Shown in pieces: positions 10,014 through 20,959 of a stretch of 64,000 nt of DNA (the stretch's first letter is position 1; the number at the start of each line of letters is the position of its first letter). Source of the stretch: Alphaproteobacteria bacterium (GTDB lineage: Bacteria > Pseudomonadota > Alphaproteobacteria > SHVV01). A program made the translations under genes and the position numbers. Where the stretch lies: assembly GCA_965261735.1 (NCBI GenBank), contig OZ253470.1:4352001-4416000 (forward strand), read 5' to 3'. The notes below the pieces were generated by a model. It searched no databases. It had not been told where the DNA came from and worked only from the letters and a program-made list of their open reading frames with translations.

Positions 10014-10370
10014 CACGGTGCGCGGGCGGACGGGTCGGTTGCGTTCCGCAAGAAGGTGAGCCGGGCGAAGCTGCTGGACTTCGTGGCCGAGCAGCCGCGC
10101 GCCACGGTGGCGATGGAGGCGTGCGGCGGCGCGCATCATTGGGGCCGGGAGATCGGCGGTCTCGGCCATGCAGTACGGCTGACCCCGCCGGTTTATGTCA
10201 AGCCCTACGTCAAGCGGCAGAAGAACGACGCTGCGGACGCCGAGGCGATCTGCGAGGCGGCCTCGCGGCCGACCATGCGGTTTGTGGCTGTGAAGACGGA
10301 GGAACAGTCGCCGCAGATCGCGTTGGCCCATCTTCGATAACCGTCCTGAAGCGGAAAAGGTCCCGGCCAT
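9881..10370 (+). mobile_element. IS110-family remnant: left end, N-terminal transposase 9960..~10307, then an inverted C-terminal scrap
   Basis: IGIDLAKNSFQ, VAMEAC, KNDAADAEAICEA; minus strand 10308..10370 encodes GRLSKMGQRDLRR. Confidence 0.85.
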
Positions 10371-10404
10371 CGCCTCGGATGTCCGACAGGATTTTCTGGA
10401 TCAT

Positions 10405-10683
10405 CCTGTCTTGCAGCGCCTCGACACCGCCTTCCTCGACCGCGTCGCGATAGCGGTAAAACGTATCGCGTGACAGGCCCATGACCTGACAGGCCTTCGA
10501 CACGTTGCCCAGTTCTTCGGCCAGATTGAGAAGGCCAACTTTGTGACGGATGATTTTTTGATTACTCTGTAGCATGAGGGTTACCTTTCATTGTGTTTCC
10601 ATGGTTCGGTTCGCACCGCCATCAAAACCGGTAACCCTCGCTCCTGCAACGGAGCAGTGTCAGATCAAGTCGGAACTAATACA
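10405..10683 (-). mobile_element. IS481-family left end and transposase N-terminus
   Basis: KVGLLNLAEELGNVSKACQVMGLSRDTFYRY; terminal TGTATTAGTTCCGACTTGATCTGACA at 10683. Confidence 0.85.
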
Positions 10684-10684
10684 T

Positions 10685-10995
10685 CTAAGTGGACACGATC
10701 GCAGATGTCGGAAGCAGTGGAGAATCCGGGGTTCGGGCGGGAAGGCCCGGGTGCCCTTCGTCGTCGCTGGAGCGATGCCGAGAAGCGCCGGATCGTAGCG
10801 GAGAGCTACCAGCCCGGGGTTTCTGTGCCGGTTGTGGCGCGGCGCAACGACGTGAACGCCAACCTGGTGTTCAACTGGCGGCGCCGGTTTCGCGAGCAGG
10901 CTGGCGGGACTGGCGGCTTGGTGCCGGTGGTTGTGGAGCCGCCGCCGTTGGATGCTGCCGCGGGGGATGCGCCGGCGGCGGGACGGATGGAGATC
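10685..10995 (+). pseudogene. tnpA: IS66 tnpA fragment
   Basis: RRRWSDAEKRRIVAES...VARRNDVNANLVFNWRR; near-identical to the reverse complement of 30240..30548. Confidence 0.85.
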
Positions 10996-11039
10996 CTCGA
11001 GAAGGTCGAGGGCGAGTGGACCCTGGTGGCTCTCGCCTA

Positions 11040-11530
11040 CGAAGGCCTTGGCCTGGATCGCCTGGCCGGTCTTCGACAGGGCGTCCATGCGGGAGAACTT
11101 GCGCTTCAGGTCGGCCTTCTGGCTGTCGGTAAGACCCTCGCTGATCTTGTCGAACCACTTGTCGATCACGCCGCGGCGTTCCGGTGAAGCCGAGATAGCA
11201 GGCTTTCGGCAGCAGGCGACGCATCCGGGTGGCGAACTGGCTGTGGCCGCCATAGCGGCCGGTCTGCGAGCGATGGCTCTCATCGACCAGGACAAAGACC
11301 ATTGGCGTCCTCGTCGACATCCTCGACGGCTTTGGTCGGTCGGTGACGATCAGAATGCGCGGATTAGGGATCGCCTTGTCGAGCGCGAGAGAGCGGCCCA
11401 GCATCACCATGGTCAGCGACTTGCCGGACCCTTGGGTCGGATCAGCTCGATCAGGTGTGCGCCGCTGGTCGCCCGGACAGGTTCCAGCTCACAGGACTTG
11501 AACGTGTCCTTGATCTGCGCCCGCCCTGAC
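11040..11530 (-). pseudogene. hsdR: Scrambled type I restriction subunit R fragments
   Basis: Pieces TQGSGKSLTMVML, ILIVTDR, LVDESHRSQ, LGFTGTP and QIKDTFKSCELEPV in different frames and non-native order. Confidence 0.75.
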
Positions 11531-11566
11531 AAAGCAGCGAGTGTCGCACCCCCGAGACCGAAGGGA

Positions 11567-12997
11567 TCAGCGGATACCGCCGAACCCGGCCGCGAGGTCC
11601 TCGCGCGCGATGACGCCACCCATGCCCTCGTGCTCGGGTCCGAAGAACGCGCCGGTCACCGTTCCGGTATCTCCGCTGGCCCGGAGGAAGGTGTTGCCCC
11701 GTACTTCGACTCGGTAGCCGAGATCGCCGTCCCGCCACGTCGACCCCGTGCCGACGGCGCCGGGCGCGGCGCCCTCGGGCCAGTATTCCAGTCCGGTGAA
11801 GTTCAGGTCGCCGTCGAGGGATTCAAGGTGGACGGCGAGGTCGGCGACCCCGGCGACAGCCTCCGCCGCGGGGGTAAGCCCGAGTAGACGTCCGGACCAG
11901 CGCACGGTTCCGGCGAGGCGCGGGTTCTCCGCAAGTGCGGTGTCGGGCGCTGGGCCGGAAGCCCAGGGCCGTAGGAGGCCGTTCGAGAAAGCCGCCCCGA
12001 AGGCGACCTCGCCCGTGGGCAGGCCGAGCACGCCGTAGATATGCGTGGAGGTGTCGGCCCACGGCCCGAGGTCGATGGCGTCCGGCGTGCCGCGAGGCTC
12101 GACACGGCTGTAGACCGCGAGCAGCGCCGCGCGGTCGAGCGGGTGGAGGATGTGCTCCGTCGGACCGTCGCCACCGCCCGCGACCATGATGCTGTCGGGG
12201 AACCGTGCCGGGTCGGGATGGGCGCGCCCGAGGACATGAATGAGCTCGTGGGCAATGACGCCCAGCCGCTCGTCGCCCTCGGTGCGCGTCGGATCGATCC
12301 AAATTCGCCCGCCCGTGATCTCGAGGTTGAAGGGCCGATCCGGATCGCCAGTTGCGTAAAGCCCATAACGCGGCAGGGCGAGGCCGATGCCGATGTCCTC
12401 GCCATCAGGGGGCCGGACCTCTTCCGGCCAGTCCTCCTGCGCTGCGAACGCGATAATGACCTCCGAGGAGCCCGGCTCGGCCGTCCCGGCCGGGCCGGGC
12501 TCGTCGCCGAAGACAATCTGCCAGTCACGCGGCAGGGCCATGTTCAGGATCTGCACAACGCGCACGGCCTCGTCGACGAGTTCTGGCGGGGTGCCTTCGG
12601 CGGCGCGGACAATCGGCGGGTCAGCCGCAAATCGCAGCAGGAGACCGTCAGGAAACAGCTGCTCGTCGAAGCCCGCCTCGGCACCGGTGGGTACGTAAGA
12701 AATCGCGTCCTCATGCAGATAGGCGACCAGTTCGGCCCGCGTTACAGCGTTGGGCAGCTCGCCATGGTGAACGGAAGCCCCGCCGTGACGGGCGGCCGGC
12801 GGCAGCGCATCGACCGCGGGCGCGGCCGCCGCGCCGACATGCAGGACATTGTCAAGGTCGAGGACCGGTGCCTGCGCGGCGTGGGTGGGTTCCTGCATCG
12901 GCAGGACGGGCGATGCCAGATGGGTGTTCTCGACGCGCGTGCAACACGCGATGACGAGAAGACCGGCGACGGCGGCCAGGTAACGGATCGTGGTCAT
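11567..12997 (-). CDS. Putative surface lipoprotein: metzincin-like protease domain plus C-terminal TbpB-type beta-barrel
   Basis: Lipobox-like LLVIAC; HELIHVLGRAH (HExxHxxGxxH) and DSIM Met-turn; GTVTGAFFGPEHEGMGG...AGFGG barrel end. Confidence 0.75.
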   Translation of the reverse strand: MTTIRYLAAVAGLLVIACCTRVENTHLASPVLPMQEPTHAAQAPVLDLDNVLHVGAAAAPAVDALPPAARHGGASVHHGELPNAVTRAELVAYLHEDAISYVPTGAEAGFDEQLFPDGLLLRFAADPPIVRAAEGTPPELVDEAVRVVQILNMALPRDWQIVFGDEPGPAGTAEPGSSEVIIAFAAQEDWPEEVRPPDGEDIGIGLALPRYGLYATGDPDRPFNLEITGGRIWIDPTRTEGDERLGVIAHELIHVLGRAHPDPARFPDSIMVAGGGDGPTEHILHPLDRAALLAVYSRVEPRGTPDAIDLGPWADTSTHIYGVLGLPTGEVAFGAAFSNGLLRPWASGPAPDTALAENPRLAGTVRWSGRLLGLTPAAEAVAGVADLAVHLESLDGDLNFTGLEYWPEGAAPGAVGTGSTWRDGDLGYRVEVRGNTFLRASGDTGTVTGAFFGPEHEGMGGVIAREDLAAGFGGIR

Positions 12998-13021
12998 GGC
13001 GAATGTCTCCGGGCAATTGAT

Positions 13022-13912
13022 CCGAGATTTCCCATTTGGACACCTTATCGGCGAGTTGATCGTGACTCGGAACCGCTCGCATTGTAACTGGCTTGCGTCC
13101 TGCGGCCGCCTGTAATCCGATTCCATCGGATGGAGGGACAATTGGCGGGGGTGGCGGGGCAAACGTGGCGGGGGTGGCGGGGCAAACGGACTCTTCGGCT
13201 GCATACCAGATGCACCGATCCTGTCGTCTGCGTGGATGAGCGGGATGCCGTCGGTCATGCCGGAGTGAGCGTCGGTCTGAGCCGATCGATGCGGCGCAGG
13301 ATGTCGGCGAAGAGGTCTCTCGGGATGGCGACCTCGGCCATCTGGAAGATGACGTAGCGGCCGTGGCGGACGATCTTCGCGCCGATCTTGATCAGCTTCT
13401 CCCGCAGCGTCGTCAGCGACCACTGCTCCACGGAATCGGGCAACGCCAGGGTGCGCATGAAGTTGCCGAGGTTATAGGCCAGTGCATGCAGCTGGAGCCG
13501 GACGGCATTGTGGTCGAACTTGCGGCAGGACAAGCGTCCACTTGATGGCGTTCTTGCCTTCCTTGATCCATTGCTCGGCGGTGCCGCGCTGATTGTAGAA
13601 CGCAACCATCCGCTCGGCAGGACGGCTCAGGTTGGTGACGATGAAGCCGACGCGGGGGTACAGTTCGCCGGGATGCCATTCGACCTTGGCAACCACACGA
13701 CGTTTCTTGTTCCACGAACCGGCCTGATAGCTGAAGTTGGCGTAGTAGCGGCGAACATGGTTGGGCGGCCGACCAACGGGCCGGGTCAACAGGTGGGCGA
13801 TGCTTTTCTGAAGAACCGCGTTGGCCGGAAGGCGGATCGCATACAGAAAGCCCTCGGCTTCGAGGTATTCGTAAATGTCCGGCGAGGCAAACGCCGCGTC
13901 ACCGCGAAAATA
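13022..13912 (-). mobile_element. IS1380-family element, 3' half only, frameshifted
   Basis: YFRGDAAFASP...FYNQRGTAEQWIKEGK, then second frame LQLHALAYNLGNF; right end CCGAGATTTCCCAT. Confidence 0.9.
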
Positions 13913-15605
13913 GAGTCCCACAGAAGCAACCGAAACGGGGCAGGCTGTGGCTCAACGACGGATCCTGCATCCGTCTGCGGCCGTGCTGGCCCAATCACGT
14001 CTGGTCCTATGACTTCGTCATGGATCGAACACACGATGGGAGGAAGTTCCGCATGCTCACCGTGATCGATGAGTTTACCAGGCGGTGCATGGCCGTTGTC
14101 GTCGAGCGAAGATTGAACCTTGCCTATCCGGTTTACACCCACACCCACTAGGGCTAGAATGGGCGCAACCCGGATATAGGGGAGCGCGCCATGGATGTTC
14201 TCGACCGCGCCGATCTCCCATTCCCGCATTCGCTACCCGAGTTCCAGCGACTTTTCCCCGATGATGCGGCCTGCGCCGCCTACCTGGAGAAAGCCCGCTG
14301 GGGAGACGGCTTTGCCTGCCCGCACTGCGGCACGGCGGGAGAGCCGTTCCACTTTGAAAACCGCCCTGGCGTCCTGCGCTGCCGCAAGTGCCGCCAGAAC
14401 ACCGGGCTGACGGTGGGAACAGTGATGGAGCGTAGCCACACTCCGCTGAACGTCTGGTTCTGGGCCGCTTATCTGGTCGCCAGTCAGACGCCCGGCATGT
14501 CCGCCGTGCAGTTTCAGCGGCAACTTGGTCTTTCGCGCTACGAGACGGCCTTTCAAATTCTCCACAAGCTCCGCTCGGGCATGGTGCGGCCCAACCAAGA
14601 CAGGATCGGTGGACAGCCCAAGAACCATGTTGAGGTGGACGAAACCTGGGTTGGCGGGCGAACGCGTGGGGAAGGCCGTGGTGTTCACCACAAGGTTCCC
14701 GTCTCCTGTGCCATCGACGTCGTGCTCGACCGTAGCGCCGAGTCGCTCTGTGGGTTCGTCGAGAGCACCGTCGCGCCGGGATCGCTGATCGTTACTGACG
14801 ATTGGAGCGGCTATGCTGGCCTCGGTAAGCGCGGCTATGAGCACTTCGCTGTTGCCGAGTGTGGTGATCCAGAGGTTGCCGAGCAATACCTGCCGATCAT
14901 CCATCTGGTTTTCGCCAACCTGAAGACGTGGCTGATCGGTATCCACCACGGCGTTAGCCACCAGCACCTACAAGCCTACCTCAACGAGTTCACCTTCCGC
15001 TTCAACAGGCGGTTCTACCCGTTCAACGCCTTCCGCTCATTGCTCGGCATCGCGGGCGACACCTCTGCTCCAACCTATGCCGAGCTTTACTCGGGAGAGT
15101 GGTGGCACCCTACATGTAGCGGTCATGGGCGTTAACCGGATAGGCAAGGATTGAACTCGGACAATGTACTCCATTGTCTGACCGAGCTCTTCGTCCAACA
15201 TGGCCCGCCGGATCATATCCGTTCCGACAACGGCTCAGAGTTTACCGCTCATGCCGTCCGCGACTGGCTCGGCAGGATCGGCGTCAAGACCCTCTATATC
15301 GAGCCCGGGTCACCTTGGGAGAACGGATACAACGAGAGCTTCAACTCAAAGCTCCGGGACGAAATCCTGAACACGGAGATCTTCTCTACACTGAAGGAGG
15401 CCAAAGTGCTGATCGAACGATGGCGGCATCACTATAATACCATCCGGCCGCATAGCTCGCTCGGATACAGACCGCCGGCCCCAGAAACCATCTTGCCAAA
15501 CGTTGAGGGGCCAACCTACGCTGTTGATGGGCTACGGTTGGCCCATCAACTTAACCCGCGCCAAACTCTAACTTAAGCGCTGGACCACTAATCGGGGGCA
15601 GGCCA
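13913..15605 (+). mobile_element. IS3-family element (orfB 3' part) interrupted by IS1595
   Basis: NHVWSYDFV...LTVIDEFTR before the insertion; IRSDNGSEF...PWENGYNESFN after it; end GGACCACTAATCGGGGGCAGGCCA. Confidence 0.9.
14119..15148 (+). mobile_element. IS1595-family element copy 1 (transposase 14191..15135, 75-bp in-frame deletion)
   Basis: TIR CTTGCCTATCCGGTT; 8-bp TSD GATTGAAC; Zn ribbon and VEVDE/VTDD/YLNEF; 314 aa versus 339 aa in copies 2 and 3. Confidence 0.95.
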
Positions 15606-16701
15606 GTTTTCTGGGTCATCCTGTCTTACCTATGGCCTGGCTGGCGCCACGCCCTGGTAATTGTCAGGCCCGAGACCGTCATCGGTTGGCACCGCAAGGG
15701 GTTCAGACTTTTCTGGACATGGAAGTCGCGGCGGGGAAAACCGGGCCGACCGCCGGTGTCGAGGGATAACCGCTATCTGGTCCGACGGATGTCGCGGGAG
15801 AACACACGGTGGGGCGCACCTCGGATCCATGGCGAGCTTTTGAAGCTTGGCTTTTCCATCTCCCAGGCCGCCGTCTCGAAATACATGGTCCGTTACCCAT
15901 CGCCGCCATCGCAGTCGTGGCGGACATTCCCTACAAATCACGCCGATTGCCTGGCGTCGATCGAATTCTTCGTGGTCCCCACGGCCACGTTCCACCTCCT
16001 GTTCGGGTTCATCGTGCTCAACCACGAGCGCCGCCAGATCGTGCATTTCGGTGTAACGGCGAACCCGACGATGGCGTGGGTCGCACAGCAGATCCGAGAG
16101 GCATTCCCGTGGGGCACGGCGCCGCGGTACCTGATCCGCGACCGGGACGGCGCATACGGGCAATCGTTCCGCTCGACCGTGACGGCGATGGGCGTGGAAG
16201 AGGTCGTTACGGCGCCACGGAGCCCGTGGCAAAATCCGTATGTGGAACGCCTGATCGGCAGCGTGAGGCGCGAATGCCTGGACCATTCGATCATCCTCAA
16301 CGAGCGGCATTTGCGGCGCATTCTTGGCTCATACCTCGACTATTATCACGGTTCAAGGACCCACTTGTCGCTCGGCAAGGACACACCGGATGGACGACCC
16401 GTTCAGCCGGCCGGGTCCGGAACGGTCGTTTCCTTGCCCAAGGTCGGCGGTCTGCATCATCGTTACGAACGCCTCGCGGCCTGACCACCCCCGCTCGGAT
16501 TCGATCAATTCCTCTCTGTGGCGACGTGGACGCTGCCGGCATCCGCATGCCCTTGCATAGGTTCGCTGGCACGATCCGGCGGAATAAGCATCGTGATGAC
16601 CGCGCCCATGGTCGATTACAAAATCCACTGCCTCAAAATGATGTCCGTGCCGGAGAGCCGAGCCGTCGTTGGGAGGCACGATGGAAAAAATGGAAGGGAC
16701 A
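15606..16701 (+). mobile_element. Integrase-core (rve) transposase element, 5'-truncated; CDS ends 16484
   Basis: WGAPRIHGELLKLG, LIRDRD, SPWQNPYVERLIGS, GGLHHRY; probable end GGAAGGGACA at 16701. Confidence 0.8.
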
Positions 16702-18055
16702 GGTGTGGGCAGGTCGGAGGACGAGTAAGGGCAAACGGTCGACCGAGACGGGATCGGGAAAACCAGCGGTGGGTCAAGGGGCTTTCAAGCCCGCAATATT
16801 GATCTTGGACCCGGTTCGCGCATCTCCATACGGGCCTGCGGCGTCAAACCAGCCGCATCATGAGGCCGGACAGATGACCGCACCTGACCACATGCCCCGA
16901 GACGTTCAAAGCTTGCCTATCCGGTTTACACCCACACCCACTAGGGCTAGAATGGGCGCAACCCGGATATAGGGGAGCGCGCCATGGATGTTCTCGACCG
17001 CGCCGATCTCCCATTCCCGCATTCGCTACCCGAGTTCCAGCGACTTTTCCCCGATGATGCGGCCTGCGCCGCCTACCTGGAGAAAGCCCGCTGGGGAGAC
17101 GGCTTTGCCTGCCCGCACTGCGGCACGGCGGGAGAGCCGTTCCACTTTGAAAACCGCCCTGGCGTCCTGCGCTGCCGCAAGTGCCGCCAGAACACCGGGC
17201 TGACGGTGGGAACAGTGATGGAGCGTAGCCACACTCCGCTGAACGTCTGGTTCTGGGCCGCTTATCTGGTCGCCAGTCAGACGCCCGGCATGTCCGCCGT
17301 GCAGTTTCAGCGGCAACTTGGTCTTTCGCGCTACGAGACGGCCTTTCAAATTCTCCACAAGCTCCGCTCGGGCATGGTGCGGCCCAACCAAGACAGGATC
17401 GGTGGACAGCCCAAGAACCATGTTGAGGTGGACGAAACCTGGGTTGGCGGGCGAACGCGTGGGGAAGGCCGTGGTGTTCACCACAAGGTTCCCGTCTCCT
17501 GTGCCATCGAGGTGCGTCATCGAAAGCCGGGCACCAAGCTCGACAACCGGAAAGACGGACGCTATGCCGGACGCGTTCGGCTCGCCGTCGTGCTCGACCG
17601 TAGCGCCGAGTCGCTCTGTGGGTTCGTCGAGAGCACCGTCGCGCCGCGATCGCTGATCGTTACTGACGATTGGAGCGGCTATGCTGGCCTCGGTAAGCGC
17701 GGCTATGAGCACTTCGCTGTTGCCGAGTGTGGTGATCCAGAGGTTGCCGAGCAATACCTGCCGATCATCCATCTGGTTTTCGCCAACCTGAAGACGTGGC
17801 TGATCGGTATCCACCACGGCGTTAGCCACCAGCACCTACAAGCCTACCTCAACGAGTTCACCTTCCGCTTCAACAGGCGGTTCTACCCGTTCAGCGCCTT
17901 CCGCTCATTGCTCGGCATCGCGGGCGACACCTCTGCTCCAACCTATGCCGAGCTTTACTCGGGAGAGTGGTGGCACCCTACATGTAGCGGTCATGGGCGT
18001 TAACCGGATAGGCAAGGTTCAAAGATATGCTTGCATCAACGGAGGCGTCCACAGA
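16702..18055 (+). ncRNA. Orphan IS1111-type (IS110 family) 3' non-coding end, candidate bridge/seek RNA region, interrupted by IS1595
   Basis: GGACCCGGTTCGCGCATCTCCATACGGGCCTGCGGC...GCCGCATCATGAGGCCGGACAGATGACCGCACC...CTTGCATCAACGGAGGCGTCCAC resembles IS1111 right ends; no transposase upstream. Confidence 0.6.
16912..18016 (+). mobile_element. IS1595-family element copy 2, intact (transposase 16984..18003)
   Basis: Same TIRs; 8-bp TSD GTTCAAAG. Confidence 0.95.
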
Positions 18056-18132
18056 TGACCCCCCCCCATGGTTTGTTCCCATGACCTGCCCGTAATCGAC
18101 ATCCGCACCGAAGGCCCGCTCGACTGCATCAG

Positions 18133-18938
18133 GGTGCTGTCAACTTAACGAAGGCAGGTCGCAGTTGAACGTCTGAACTGAGCGGCTCAAGCAGCAGCGG
18201 TCACGGTCCGCCACGTGTTCATCGCGGCACCGCGGAATTGGCGCATTGTCTTGCGAGTGATCAGATGACGTTGGACATTGAAGGTGTTGTAGATGGCGGC
18301 GTGGGTGGAGAGAAACCTTTGCGCCGATCCTGATGACTTAAAGCCCTGCATCCTGCGTTCTCGTTGTCGAACCGGCAGGTGCGAATTCTCCGCCCGATTG
18401 TTGCTCCGTCCGCCGGTAACGTGTTTCCCCGTCATGTTGAGATCACGCAATGCTGCCCCGTAAGATGGCAGTTTATCGGTCACCACCTTATTCGGCGCAT
18501 ACCCCTGCTTCTTGAGCAGTTTGCGCATCAGCTTGAGTGCTGCTTTCTTGTTCCTCCGGGACTGAACCAGGATATCCAGCACCTCACCCTCGCTGTCCAC
18601 CGCCCGCCATAGATACATCCGTTTTCCGTTGATGGAGGAAAACACCTCATCAAGGTGCCACCGGTCGTCTGGTCGAGGGCGTGATTGTCTCAGTTTTCGG
18701 GCATAGGCCTGCCCAAACTTTAAAGCCCAGCGCCGTATCGTCTCGTAAGAAACATCCACACCACGTTCAGCGAGCAGATCCTCCACATCGCGGTAACTGA
18801 GCGGAAACCGGAAACACAGCCAGACGGCGCGCTGGATTATCTCTGCAGGAAACCGATGTCGGCGGTAGCTGATCTTGTTCATAACAGGAAGCTACTCGCC
18901 ACCCGCAGCTGACACCAGCCAGTTACCGTGACAGCACC
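18133..18938 (-). mobile_element. IS6-family element copy 1 (transposase 18187..18882)
   Basis: TIR GGTGCTGTCA; WHLDEV, LWRAVD, VTDKLPSY, NNRAENSH. Confidence 0.95.
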
Positions 18939-19700
18939 CTAATTTGCATCTTTGTCGCCGTAAAACACGGACTTGAAAGTACCGAGGTCTCCCGTTCCTA
19001 GCCCGGGCGCGCTAATGTCACCGCCCATGTATCCGGCAACCCCTTCGGCGTTCGCCCCTCCGAACGCGCCTTCTCCAGCGAAGGTTCCGGTGACCGCAAT
19101 TACTGTAGCACCCAACGGAATCTGAATCGAATGCGTTATTGTGGGCTGAAACGTGCCGCCTGTTACTGGAACGCGCTCAGAGGTCAATTCAGAAAGGCCC
19201 AAGTCGTCCAGTCCAATGTCCTCGTAGGTCAGGTCCGCTTCAACGCTGTTGCTTCCAAAGTATGCGGTGATGATCGCGCTGCCGCTTAACGCCTGGAAGT
19301 TGCTCGCGGCCAGGCCGACGAAAGTCAGAGCCGGAGCAGCAGCAGGATCGAGGTCGATGTTACCCGACCACATGCCGGTCCAGGTCGCCGTTCCCATACC
19401 TTCAGGTTGTACCGGCGCACCAGCTACGACGTGAGCGCCGGATGAGTCGTAATATGCTCTCAACAAACCGTTTGCGTCGCTCAAATCGAGACCACCCGGC
19501 ATCGGGAAATTCCATTCCCCGAGTTGGGTCATCATCAACCTTCCGCCGTTGCCGGGCATGGCATCCTGCTCAGGCGCACCCGTCATCTGGTCGCCACTGC
19601 CACTTCCACCGCTGCTGCAAGCCGCAATCAACAGTCCAGTTACCAAAAGCACCAAACTCGTTCGCAGGCCGTTTATTGCCACGCAACCACCGATTTTCAT
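18939..19700 (-). CDS. Putative surface lipoprotein with TbpB-like beta-barrel
   Basis: AGAGGA RBS, lipobox LIAAC, SSGGSGSG linker, GTATWTGMW and GAFGGANAEGVAG strands. Confidence 0.7.
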   Translation of the reverse strand: MKIGGCVAINGLRTSLVLLVTGLLIAACSSGGSGSGDQMTGAPEQDAMPGNGGRLMMTQLGEWNFPMPGGLDLSDANGLLRAYYDSSGAHVVAGAPVQPEGMGTATWTGMWSGNIDLDPAAAPALTFVGLAASNFQALSGSAIITAYFGSNSVEADLTYEDIGLDDLGLSELTSERVPVTGGTFQPTITHSIQIPLGATVIAVTGTFAGEGAFGGANAEGVAGYMGGDISAPGLGTGDLGTFKSVFYGDKDAN

Positions 19701-19853
19701 TCCTCTTGCCTCCTTATCCCAATTTTGAACGCGCCCACCCCGGAGCACGCGCGCAGACGGAACTCGTACTCCCGACCCTATTCACGAACGATAATCATTA
19801 GGCATACGCAGTGCAACACGTCTTCGGTGGCAGAACCCGCCGCTGTGGATCGA

Positions 19854-20035
19854 TCAGGCCTGAAGTTGGGTGCGATCCTGCCGAATCGGATCAACGACGG
19901 TCAGAAACGGGAAACGGTGAAAGTCGATGTCGCGCGTGCAGATCCGACTGACGCCGTGCTCGCGCATCACCACGGCCGTGTACAGGTTGTGACACAGGTT
20001 GCCGCGCACACCCGGCAACTCATCAAGCGCCAGCA
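19854..20035 (-). pseudogene. PIN/VapC toxin C-terminal fragment
   Basis: GNLCHNLYTAVVMREHGVSRICTRDIDFHRFPFLTVVDP. Confidence 0.7.
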
Positions 20036-20059
20036 CCGACGCATGGCGCGGCATTGTCG

Positions 20060-20400
20060 GCCACGGGCGCTATTTCCGGATGCACCTGGTGGGCTACTTC
20101 GAGGGCATCGACAGCGAGCGCGGGCTGGAGTGGCGCTGCTCGGACTCGCTTTCGCTGCGGGCGTTCCTGCGACTGGGGAGCCGTGATCGGGTACCGGACC
20201 ATTCCTGGCTGTCACGGAGCCGCACGCGCTTGCCCCACTGCAAGGGGTCATAAAACACATGACCCGGAGAGCGCGGCATCGCCGACCAGCTCACCATCAG
20301 GTACCCCTGACCATCCTTCTGCCGTCCCATCGCCATCGGCAAATCCCCCTGCAAATCAGGGAACCAGAGAATCAGACGGCGCCGACTTAATCAACGGGCT
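20060..20400. pseudogene. IS1182/IS5-like transposase relic with internal inversion
   Basis: Plus strand YFRMHLVGYFEGIDSERGLEWRCSDSLSL...PDHSWLS; minus strand MAMGRQKD...PRSPGHVFYD (N-terminus of the same family). Confidence 0.75.
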
Positions 20401-20612
20401 GTTATGCCGACCGGCTCTATCCCCCGTTTTTCTCGCCCGATCAACTGGTCGGGTCGGATGACCGTACGGCTTGGTTCACCATGTTCGCCCTCGGATCCTT
20501 CCAATTGATCGGGCGAACACAGGACGGTCAGCATCGGAGCTATATCGAGGGCGGCCGGCGCGACGGATGGTGGCCGGCGCTCGCGTTGCTCATCGAGGGA
20601 ACTCACGTTTTA

Positions 20613-20959
20613 ACCTAATGGTCGGCGCCGCCTGATCATCAATTGTCTAGGCGGCAGCGACGCTTGTCGGCGACAGGGAACACTGGCCACGATCGTGGTT
20701 GGGCTCAACCTCGCAGTCCAGAATCCGGCTGAGTTGGTCCGCGCCACCAACATAATCGCCATCGATCCAAATTTGCGGCACCGTAATAGGGGTCTTGGGA
20801 CCAACGAGGGGTTTGACCCGGGCAAGCATTTCGTACAGTGCCCGAGGGTCCTTGACCACATCGTGATATTCATAGTCGATGCTGGCCTGTTTCAAATATC
20901 CCTTGGCACGGACGCAGTAGGGGCAGGTGGCCTTGCCGAACAAATGATTACCCTCAACC
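20613..20959 (-). pseudogene. Partial duplicate of the glutaredoxin gene (C-terminal domain), cut by IS6
   Basis: Near-identical to 30684..31030; CPYC here, CPHC in the full gene. Confidence 0.9.

Noticed and set aside
13143-13188. Tandem 23-bp G-rich duplication
   Set aside because: Two copies inside an IS1380 3' non-coding region; likely slippage with no evidence of function
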